The translations under genes were made by a program, and so were the position numbers. The notes beneath the pieces were generated by a model. The model did no database searches. It worked only from the letters and a program-made list of their open reading frames with translations, and was not told the DNA's origin. 64,000 bases of DNA, from NCBI RefSeq assembly GCF_003704095.1, contig NW_020843402.1:1116001-1180000 (forward strand), given 5' to 3'. This DNA comes from Pocillopora damicornis. Taxonomy: Eukaryota. Position 1 is the stretch's first letter. Every line of letters starts with the position of its first letter. Shown here piece after piece: positions 40,001 to 52,000 of the stretch.

Positions 40001-43000
40001 TAGGAATTTGGCATTATATCAGGAAAACACTTGAAAACTGTCAACTTTCTCTTCTCACCACCTGTTTACTTTTTGATTTATCTATATTGGTTATTGAAGT
40101 GATTATGCATTGTTTGTATTAGTCAGTTACTGTTGCTCTGTAAATTCCAAAGTATTTAAGACAAACGCTCAGGCTGATTTTATGGTTACTCTGACAAAAG
40201 TAATGAAAATCTAAGCCAATTTATGTTATGTTTCCTCAATGATGGTTAATCAAAATCATTGAGTGTAATCATGATAGCAAAACATGGCTGATGAGGAAAC
40301 AACAGAGATGATATTTCTGTTTGGGACACAGAATAAATATTTTAAATCAGAAAATTTGACTGGAAATGTTTCCTTTTGTGTTGAAAGCATCCAAATGTGT
40401 TTGAGGAAAAGGAGCAGAATTCAGCTCAGGTTTGTTTGTGTTTATTATTGGTAGTCTTAATAGTGATTAACTGTAGAGTTCTGAAAATTTCAATTATTAT
40501 TAGTTCTCACTATTCAATTGTGGTTGTGTTCATAGAATTAATTATTGGCAATAGTAGTTTCATTTCCATAGCCTTTTGCCCCTTGAGAGTGACTGGCATC
40601 TAATTTCTCCCTACAATGTAACCCCCAAAACACACATTAAAGTCATGAGATGAAAAAGGAAATTATCACCAACCAAAGAAGTTCTTGATTGTTAAACAAA
40701 TTCTCCTTGTCATCACCTTAAGAAATGTACAGAGAACAGTATGGAGAATATGCATGCTGATGTGAGGTTGTATTGGGTTAATCAAAGCTCTTCTCTTTTC
40801 TGTGTCAATTAATCCTTCCATCCCCTCTAGAAGTTGATTTCTAGTTTATGTAGTTTGTTGCTGTGCTTTCTTGCACTGATTCATGGCTTAAATTCCTTAG
40901 ATCTGTCACATACTGATCTTGTGAAGAATTTTCGTCATCTCCAGGAGTTAAATTGTTCAGATTGTGCTGATGTACTTACTTGACTTGATCTGTAGGTTGA
41001 GAAAGTCTGGTGTGGATTTTTGACCCTAATGGATGAAGTCCTGTTGCCATCAATTTCATTATTGGAATGTAACTCCAGTTTGGCTGAAGAACTTTGGGCC
41101 ATGTTGTGTCGTTTTCCGTATGAGCTCAGGTATATCATGTGTGTCTTACCCAGGATTTAGGACCCACAGATCTAATAGAGTGCAAAATTAAAGTCTAACC
41201 CTGCTGTTATTATCCTATAAAGATTGTCCCTGGTAATGTTAAGCATGATAGGTCACGGTTTTTCTTTAGCAGAATGCAGATAATACTGTCAGGAGACTAA
41301 CTTTGGTCTTTGAGTGACTTGTATCACTTCCCCATATGTGGAAGCTTATTAGCACTGGGTACTTCAAATTTCTGACACCCCAGCCTTCATAAACATTGTG
41401 GTTCTTGTGGTTGCACAGTTTTGTCTATGGATTCCACTCTAGAGAATTCTCAAGGTTATTTAATTCTATTAGGGAAGTGTAGCTCAATTACATGAGAGTT
41501 ATTGATGTCCTCTTCTCATAGAGGAACTCACATTAACTTTCAATGCTGCAAACTTCCAAGAGAAACTGTGGATTTTCTGATGCTGTGGCTGGAGAAATTG
41601 CCTCTTCATTCGTTCATCCACAAACAGTCATCTTATTAAAATGACTTGTAATTTAACATGTTGAAAATAAAATAGCTATTATTTCATGCTCGTTTTTTTC
41701 TAAACAAAATTCAATTATGTCTCTTGTGTCAGGTATCGCCTCTATGGCCAGTGGAAAAATGAATCTTACAGCAACCATCCTAAAATGGTTGTAGCAAAAG
41801 CAGCCACAATAAAGAGAGCAAAATACATCACTAAGTAAGTTACTGTCAGTGTAGTTTCTGAACTTGATGGAAGGAGTTGCCAGAGGCTAGACTTTTAAAT
41901 AATTTTTATGTTGTCATTGCTGTCCTCAGGAGGTTAACTAAAGAAAATGTCAAGCCCTCTGGAAGGCAGATTGGCAAATTGAGTCACAGCAATCCAGGCA
42001 TATTGTTTGAATATGTAAGTTTGCAGTAATTTAGATATAATGTGCTCTACAAGTATGCAGAAATGAAATTAAGATGTTTCTTCGCTTGTGTTTCATCATT
42101 GATGCAGTGTTTTCATTAGAGCTGCAAAATGTTTGTACAGTTGCAAATGAGTAAAGGGGGAAAGGTTCTTAAGAAACTGAGAAGCTGTGGTGCTGTGTCA
42201 GTGGGAGAGTATAACAGGGTAATTTAGTGTTGTCAGCCAAGTTATAACTTGGTATTCACTCTCATGAAGGGCTAATGCTCAAAATCTTAATGGTGGCCAA
42301 TTTATGTTATCAGCTCTGACTGCCATGCCTCCTACATTGGTGAGACTGGCAGAAACCTCACAACTAGACTGACTGAACACAAATGAGCAGCAAGGAAAGG
42401 CACTGTCAACAATCACATTACTGAACATCACCGACTTACAAACCACACTATTGACTGGGACTCTGCGCAATGCCAAACCTACAGCACCAACTACTTTCAA
42501 TGACTGACCCTGGAAAACTGGTTTACTAACTTGGAACAGACTCCCCTAAACAGGTGTCAACCATTACCGGCACCATACAAACGACTCATCCACGACATTA
42601 ACATTACAAACAAACCGAACAGAGCGATCTAACTTCACTAACGGATCCAAACCAACCAATCACGACTGACCTATGCCACTAGAGTCTTACAGCCAATAAC
42701 ATCATGGCAAAACTGACCAATCAGTGTACACAAACCGGACTAAGTACATTCGACTGACAGCAACCTTTCACTTGACTCTGATGATGACTTCCGCTCAGGT
42801 TGTCAAAATGTCAGTCACCACTACTGGCAACAGTCCTTCTCAGGACTTCACTCACCTGGACAATCAAACTACACTATTACATTATCAACTCAGTTGATAC
42901 ACTAAATTACTCAGCAAATGAGTAACCCTAGATGTGCCTGTCTTTTTTGTTTTGCTGTCAATTTTTAGTTCTGTTTACAGGTGTGAGGTTTGGTGACTGT

Positions 43001-46000
43001 GTGGCAAGCACCTTGCCCACTCTTTGCCTTCTTAGAACAATTGTTGTGATCTCATGACCCCATTATTCATCCACAGCTCTTGTCACAAATTCAGAAGTAT
43101 GATAACTTTATTGGGCCTGTGGTGGATTCACTGAAGTACCTCACTCCTTTGGCGTATGATGTTTTAGCTTGTATCCTAACCGAAAGAGGAATTTCATTGT
43201 CTTTATTCTCCCACTTTTTGCATAAGGTCATAAAGATTCTCTCACTTAAATGCCTTGTCAGGGCATAGCTGTACATGCTACGGAAACAACAGAATTTCTA
43301 CATGTATGTCATCTATATTGTAGTTAAAATGGCAGACCAGCATATATGGTAGCTTTAATGGAACAGTAGGTTAAATGTTGGCAAGTTTGCAGTTGCTATT
43401 GCTCTTTTCCTTAACAAGATGACAGATTGTATCATTGAGGCTTTGGCAAATCCTGAAAGAGAAAGGCTAAAACATGAAGACACTAACATCTCTGAGTGGC
43501 TCAAAAGTAAGGTCCATGTTATTGTAACTTTCAACACCGTTATTTTTCACATGGTTTGTGATATTTACAATGTTGAGTTCAGTGGCCTGAGGATCTAACT
43601 TCCCATATCGTAAGTGGAAAGGAAGAGGGAAGTGCAATTTGTAGTTTTGACAGACATTATGAAGGAAAATGCAAGCAGGTAGCTGAGTAGAAATCCTTAA
43701 TTAATCAGCTGGGAAATACTTTCTCGATGTTGGCCTGCGAATCAGCTTTCCTGGGGTAGGGGCAGCTGGGTTGGAGAGAGCTTCCACACAGGCTAAACTG
43801 GTGTACAACTGAATTCTTCATTGTTTTGTTTCAGGTCTAGCTGTATTTTGCGGTACTGTATTCCGCAAGTATTCCATCGAGCTTACTGGTCTTCTGCAGT
43901 ATGTGGCCAATCAGCTCAAAGCTGGAAAAAGTTTTGATTTGCTTGTGTTGAAGGAAGTTGTTCAGAAAATGTCTGGAATAGAAATATCAGAGGAGGTGAC
44001 AGCAGCGCAACTTGAAGCTTTGTCTGGTGGCGAACTTCTGAGGGCTGAGGTAAATATGTTTTTTATTGTCTGCTCTGTGAGGTAACATAAGCCAGTAGTT
44101 AGTGTATTGGACTCCAGATTGGAGATTGTGGCTCAAGTCCTGGTTGAGTCTTTGTGTTGTGCTCCAGAAGAAGACAGTTTTCTCTCACAGTGCCTCTTTC
44201 TAATTAGAAGTACAAATGACAACTAACAAACAATGTTGTGGTGAAGACTACATGTACATTTAGCAGGCCTTTCAGGGAGAGTGATAATACCCCTTGTTGC
44301 CACATGCCATGAAGACTAAGATAAGGGCAGTAACCAGTAACCCTTTACACCCTAGCATCAGTATGCATATTCTCCATACTGTTCTCAAAATATTTCCCAA
44401 GATGCTAATGAGGAGAATTTGTTTAAAAATTAAGAGCCTCTTTAGTTGGAGATCATTTCCTTTATTCTCATGACCTTAATGTTTGATTCAGAGCTGATAT
44501 TGTAGGGAGAAATAAGATGCTAATCACTCTTAGAGGTTTAAGGAATTAAGGATAATGATGCTTTTTAACATCAATTGTAGGCAAGTCTCTACTAACTTTT
44601 TCTTCACTTTATTCATGTATGTTGACAAGGTTTACGGTAACATAGCCAACAGTTTTGTCAATGTTTTTCTTCAGGGTGGATACTTTGGCCAGATTAGAAA
44701 CACCAAGAAATCTTCCCAGAGGTTGAGAGACACTCTCATCGAGGGAAAGTTAGATTTGCCGCTCTGCTTGCTCATGGCTCAACAGAGGAATGGCATTGTG
44801 TTTTTTGAAGATCCTGATAGACATCTGAAGCTTGTTGGAAAGCTCTATGACCAGGTATGATTGGAAGTTTCCATTGCACTGTGGGTTGCAAATCCAACAA
44901 ACATAAATTTCCGTGAATGTCTCTGCCTAGTGGAACTATTCAGTTTAAAACGGTGCAGGTGTTCTTTGTTGTTCTCGTGAACCTTCAAGCAAATTTTGAA
45001 CGTGGAATCTGCTCGCACCTCTAAACCTGGTACTGGTAAAATTTGCATTTAATTCCAGTCTTTATAGGAAACGAATACTGTACAAATATCTTCGGTGGTA
45101 ATTAAATAATCTTACGGTTTTTTTTGTCGGTACTTTTTTGCGTGAAATAAGCTGAAAGTAGCTAGCTAAAGATGACAGACCAACTAGAAGTTTTGGCCGC
45201 CTAACGACTCCTATGGACAACTCTGTACGAGTGCTGTGTTTTCAATATCTTTTACTTGAACTGTAGAAATTCTTTTGTTTTCTAGTGTCAAGACACCTTA
45301 GTACAGTTCGGTGGCTTTCTCGCCTCGCAGTTAACTGCTGAAGAGTACGAATCACATGTACCGTCCTTGGATGTTTTAGGCCAAAGTTATCATCTAACAC
45401 CTGACGTGGCATTCTTTCTGTCTAGACCTATGTTTGTCCATCAGATAGATGTGAGTATTGAAAAAAAAGATGTCTTTTTTTTTCTGAAAAATGATATTGA
45501 AGTTAAGATCTCAATTCTAAGATATTGAACAAAGGCACACTTTTTTATTGTTTTGTTCTGTACTCACCTCCTAGATTAAGTACGAGGAAGCAAAGAAAGC
45601 AATAGCTGCCAAAGGAAAACAGCTTCAACAAAAAGTGAGTGGGTAAACCAGAGCAAAGTAAAGCTTTGTTGAGATGTTATATGACTGACTCCGCGAGCTG
45701 ATAAGAAAGCGTTACTCCTGCGCAGCGATTGGCTATCCAATCCAACTGTGCTTATGCGGATATTGGTCAGTCTTTTCCAGAAAAAGCCGGATTTCAGTCA
45801 GGCGCGCAATAAACCCCTTAATGATCAGGTTTGTTGAACGTTGGCCTCGTTCTGCGTGCAGTTATGGACGGTAAAACCTTGGGCTCTGATGCACGTGCAT
45901 ATGACAGTGGAGATTTTTATCGCCATTATGGTAGTTAAGAGAAGTGACGGGGCAATCGAAATTGAAAGGAGCAGTGCTGCGGTTTATGTTGGCTGGGCGT

Positions 46001-49000
46001 GGTCAGGGTTTTTTGTTGTTGTTGTTGTTGTTCACACACCGACTGTAGAAGGCTTGTTTCGAGTAGTCAGTCAGTTCAACGTAACTGCAAGGATATTGAA
46101 CGTTTTGCACGCCAAACAAAGAAATCTGTCTGATTTTATAACAGCTGCACCTTATTTTAATGCTTAAAAGTATGCTTTTCACAGATATTTCAATGAATTC
46201 ACCTGACCTGCATTCCCACAACAGATAACATTTAATTTGTTTCTGTACAGCAAATTCTGCAGTGCTACATTGAAGCCGTGAATTCTGCGATGGAGCCTGT
46301 GTTCCAGAGTGCACGGCTCTTGCAGGCACCAAGAGTCTGGAATAGTATCAGGTGGGTTGATCAGTGTGTATCTTTTCCCTTTCATTCCAATACATTGTCA
46401 CGCAAACAGGTGGCGAGAATGACCAAACAATCAAGGAAGGAATAATGTCTTGGCAAAAGATTGATTCGAAATCTCTTTACGAAAGCATAATAGCATGTAT
46501 GGCAATCAGAGAAGAGAATTTATCGTTAATTTAGATCGAGAAAAGGTTGAATGTTGCCGTAAAAAGTTGCAACAAAGATTTACTGAAACTTTTGGGATAT
46601 CAGATTTTCAAGAAAAAGATTAAACTGAAAACAAACAAACAAACAAAGAAGAAGGACATAAAGTACATTCATCATCTGCTTTGGATGAAAAATAACAATT
46701 CTATGGTTGGTTCACATTTCAGTCCTCAATTGTATGTGACTTTCTGGGCGCTGTCCATGTTTGATCTGTATGTACCATCCGAGAGATACGAACAGGAACT
46801 GAATAAATTGAAACAACAACAAGCGCAGCTGGATGATAACAAGGATATGGTAAGTTTTATTATCAAACCGAAGGTCTTGAAAAGTTGAATCAAATTTTGA
46901 TTTTCTGTTCCAATCGCATCTGATAGATTTTGTGATGTCTTTTTGTCTCAATGGGCAACCCGTGCTCGGCAAAGATTGCAGCAGAAATGCTTCCCCTTTT
47001 GCTAGTTGAGAGCAATTTCTTGAATCAGTGTAGGCGTGAAATAAGGTTTTTTCTCCCGGGTCCCCCTACTGATACCGGCTTAGTGCTGAAAGGGCCACCC
47101 TGCCTAAATAAAGATGACTTGACTTGAGTGTTTTGTGAAGAGGTCCGTGATCGAGCAAGGACTAAGTTACGTGTTGTGTTCTGGGGTTAGAAACTTTGCC
47201 CTAACAGTGGTTACTCTCTAAATCAAAGAGATTGTGGGCCTGATTTATGTAATTCTGTGCCATTCTGTTATTGTTAGATCGCAAAGCTCCCAAAACTTGA
47301 CCGTTTGAGACTCCTTAATTAATGAGAATTGTTTGTGTTGAGCCTCAGTTGAGTGTATTTAGTTAAAGTATGTCATGCTTTTCACAGCCGGTCAGCAAAA
47401 AGAAGAAGGAAAAAGAGAGGTGTTCTCTTTTAGTGGAAAAATTGAAAGAAGAGTTTAAACAACAGGAAGAACATAACCAAAGAGTGATGGCATCGCTTAA
47501 ACACGAGAGAGACTCATGGCTGCCAGCTAGTAAGTTCAAAATTATCTTGAGGACGTCACGGTATATTCCTGTTGAAAACTGAAATTTATCCGGAATTTTT
47601 CAAGTTCGTTGTCTGTAATCCGTTTTTGTTGTTTTTATTCTTAGCTATCCTTCTTGTTTCTTGGTTTGTTACTTCTTGTGTTATGTTTCTGCATCTCTAG
47701 CTCATTATGTTGTGAGCTTTTTGTGGCGCTTTGTTCCGGAAACTCTTGTTACGCATCTGAGTTATAATTTCTCTCTTTTAGAAGCGACAAAGAGTGAGAC
47801 CATTACACAGTTTCTTCAGCTCTGTATGTTCCCGAGATGTGTGTTTACTGCGAGCGATGCTGTGTACTGCGCCAAGTTTGTCCACATGCTGCATAATCTC
47901 AAAACGCCAAACTTCTCAACACTGCTCTGCTTTGATAGAGTAAGTGGCATTTCAGCTCATTTATTAGATATGTATTCTTTTTAAAGGGAGAAACTTTACG
48001 TAACATTAATTTTTTTCATTTAAGGTATTTTCAGATATTTCCTACACAGTGGCCAGCTGTACAGAAAATGAAGCCAGTAGATATGGTAAGTTACATGAAC
48101 GAATATTATGAACCAGTATTACAAATGGAACAATTTTCCAATTGGAAGGCTAAAGTGTTTCGGGATTGCGTTGTTGTTACTTGTCCGCGATCTGTGATTG
48201 GTTTGAAAAAAAAAAAAACAGCGCCATTTTCTCAACCAATCAGATGAAAAGCTGAAACAAATCTCGACAGAGTCACCCGCGTTTTCCCGCGCTTCACGCT
48301 TATTTCATGTGTTTGCTTTGAGTTCTTGAATTATGTTTCGTAAAATATTTACATTTTTTTTTTCGTTTGGCCGATGACGTGGTTAAAAAAAATATATTAT
48401 CAGCTAGGAGGCATTGCCTTGATAAAATCAGAAGGAGAAGTAGGAGCGTGTCTCTGTGGAGAGTACCATATTTGAGTGCTAACCTTGGATTTTTTCCCGT
48501 GATAGGTCGGTTTTTATGTTCAATGCTTGAAATAGTTATGAGGTGGCACGGTGACAAGAAAACATACGATAAGGTATTCTTATTTTGTTGTTGTATCTGC
48601 TTATCTTGTCATGTGATACATTTAAACTTTAGTAATTTTTTATTTGGTATCATCTCTCCTTTCAAAGTCTTTTAGTTTCCCAGACATGGCCCTTTGTTTG
48701 TACTAGGTCACTGAAATACGTTCATAAACAAACCCTTATTGGAAAAACTTTTTCCCTTGAATGTGTAGTAATTCTACACATCGTTTAGCTATTTAGTGAA
48801 CGCTCAGGCTGTATAGTGGTCAGAATACAATTAAATACCAGATGGCTTTTGAACACGACCAAGAAAGACTAAAAGTTGGTTAACATGTTGTAAACGAGTG
48901 CTCTTTTCCGTCTTTCATTAGGAATGTGGAACTTATCCGGGATTTGTTACAGTTTTAAGAGCTACCAACAACGATAAAGCTGATCATTTGGACTACGAGA

Positions 49001-52000
49001 ATTACAGACACGTTTGCCACAAGTGGCAGTACAAACTCACAAAGGTACTTATAGTATATTTCCCAATTTACTGAAACAATGCCTACTGCAGGAATATTGT
49101 ATGGGTCAAAGCGCAGAAAATATAGTGCGAATCTCGAGCTTTGAAAGAAGTTGCTTAGAAAATGGCACATCCACGGGTCGAAATGCTTAACGTAACAGCT
49201 TCCATACGCGAGTAATTCCTAATACTAATTGTTATATTCGTTCATAAATGTTCTAAAACCACTTAAGTGCAGAATCGATACTTAAAGGTCAACTGGCCCG
49301 GCTTGCGTAATTTTTCCCGCGCTTGACGCAGGTTACGAGGATCACGTGCTCTGTTTCGATTGGTTGTGCGAAGTTTAACTTCTCGCAAGATTCTGCAGAA
49401 GAGCTGTTTTTTTAATTTATTTAATTTTTTTGTCGGTTTCAAGTAAGCTATAGTCGCCGAAAAACCCGATTGCCAAATTGTTAAGTCGTATCTCATTATC
49501 GTATTGTTTTTCTGTTCCTCAGGCTCTTGTGGTGTGCTTAGAATCTAAGGATTATACTCAAATAAGGAACACGATTATGGTGTTAACCAAGGTAGGTTCC
49601 TAGCCCTGTCAAATTCATCGGCCAGAATGCCTGTTATTCTCGCGACATTTACCTGCAGCAGCGGTCTTGAATATCAAAGGCTAAGCTTACACTGATTGGT
49701 TTTTATCGCACGAGATTTTGGGCCATTTCCTTCACAGGGAATATTTCCCTAACTCATTACCTTGATATCTTTGCAGAGATCATGGTAAGCGTTCGCCTTG
49801 TTTTTAATTTCACCCAATTCTTTTGACAGATTTTGCCCTATTACCCTAAAGTGTTAAATCTTGGTCAAGCGCTGGAAAGAAGAATTGATAAGATCTGTGA
49901 GGAGGAGAAGGAGAAACGACAGGATATTTACACGTTAGCTGTAGGGTACGAGAATTTGATTTCTTTGTTGTTGAATGTTTAGTGGCTTATGACGGCGATT
50001 TATGAAGTTTCTCTTCGTATTTCTTTTCCAAATTTAGCAGCGGTACTCCCATTATAATTATTATTTTAATGTTTGATTTCATCTCTTTTCAGGTATGCAG
50101 GTCGTTTGAAAGTTAAGAAAAGAGATATGGTGATAGAGAGCGAATTCCATCACAAGGAAAAGGTACATTTAACTGCAGAAATTTGTCAAACTTAATGTTT
50201 TGAAATCTATCTTTTCAGGTTGGCTGAACGCAGTTGCTTGTACAGTTTGTTAATTTGGTCCAAGAAGTAGTGGAACCTCTTTGCAATAAACTCCATTAAT
50301 GCTGTTAAAAATAAAAAATAAAAAAAAACATTTGTCGTTCTACCTTGTAATTTGCACCTTCATATGTGGAAGTTACGAGAGTAATGGAAAATCTCACGCT
50401 GGTTTCATTTTTCTATTTTTTGTCATCTTCTATACGCGGTCTATCTTTTTTCAGCCTCTTGCAACCACTGCTCCGTCGTCAACTCAGAGTGAACCTGTTG
50501 CTGTCAAACAGGAAAAAACCGTGAGTTGCAGTACAAGTGTTACATTTCTATCATAAAACAATAGCCAGCTTTAGGTATTGGGTTTCAAGAGGTAAACTCG
50601 AATGATTCAGCGTGCTTCAATCTTTCGTGCATTTTTGGTTGTCAGTTCACTCCACTGAGCGAGTAAAGTGAGATCTGTGGACGTTTTCTTGTGACCCTAA
50701 CACTCTGTTCATTTCTCTAGGAAGCTCAACCAACTTCCACGGCGACCTCGGACTCATCAAGTAAGTTTTCCCAGCACTGCAGCGGTTTAATTCAGTCGCA
50801 ATCATCATGTGATTTAAATTTTTGTTCTTTATCATAGAATCTGCAAAGAACGATACAGATGTGAAGCCGAAGCTCTCAGGTTAGAAGTTAACCATGTCCT
50901 AGATGTTATATAGGTTACACAGTGAAGAGAGAAAAACTACTGAAAGAAGTGTGGATAGTTAACGGAGGAAAAGATCTTGGAATACAAGATGAAGAAAGCA
51001 TTAAACATTTTACAACAAGCTTTATTCTTCTTTAGATTTGTTAACAGTTTGTTTCTTTGTGTTTTTTTTTCTTAGTGAACATCAAAAAAGAGCCGGAGAA
51101 CTCAAAATCGTCGAGGTTTGTCTCTTTTTCCTTTAAAGCTACCTATGTCGAAATTGAACAAACTCTCAACAGTGACAAATTGTGGAAGTTTTTCAATAAT
51201 GAACAGTGTACAATGCTTTGTGACTTTGCTTCAATCTAATGGGCTCTTTTTCTTACCCAGTCCCAACTCGACCAAAACCGACAACACGCCCACATCTCAA
51301 GAAAAATCAGCTGGCAAATCAAGTGCAGGCTCATCTAGTGCGAAATCATCTGGCACCAGTACCCCAAGTGGTCAAACTGACTCGCCTGGAAAAAATACGC
51401 CTAGTAACAAGTAAGATACTGAATTGAGTCGCTGTATAACTAAGTGTGTGCTTATAGCGTTATTTTCTCTTTAAGTTAAAAAAAATAGTCACGTGTTTCC
51501 GTCGCAAACTTTCTTGGAAGATGCCCTCTTTTGTTGCATTATTTATTCTGTCAATCAGAGAAGTGGCCCGGAAATTATCGGAGAAATAGTCCTTGAGGTT
51601 AAACGACAAACACTTTTCAGAATGTCACGAAACTCTCCCCTTTTTGGGTGAACGTGACTTGATATCTTAAAGAACGGCTGCGAAAAGGAAAGACCGGAAG
51701 CTTTGAATTCGGCGAAAATTTTTCAGTGTCTGAGCCGCGTTAGTCCAGTTCTGGTTTACCGCAGTTGACACGAGATTTAAATCTTTTTTGTTGATCTTAG
51801 ATCCAGCTCTACTAGTGGTAACTCAAATCAGCCAGGATCCAAAACTGTTGCGTCAAATTCAACCTCAAAAGGAACGAAAACACCCACCAGCGCTAAAAAC
51901 TCAGAAGGAAATACGAACGGAAGTGACGTGTCTACTGGCAAAAAGACCGAGTCCAGGTGAGTATCAAATGTAGCGAAAAGTTTTCTTTGGTTTTTTGTCT

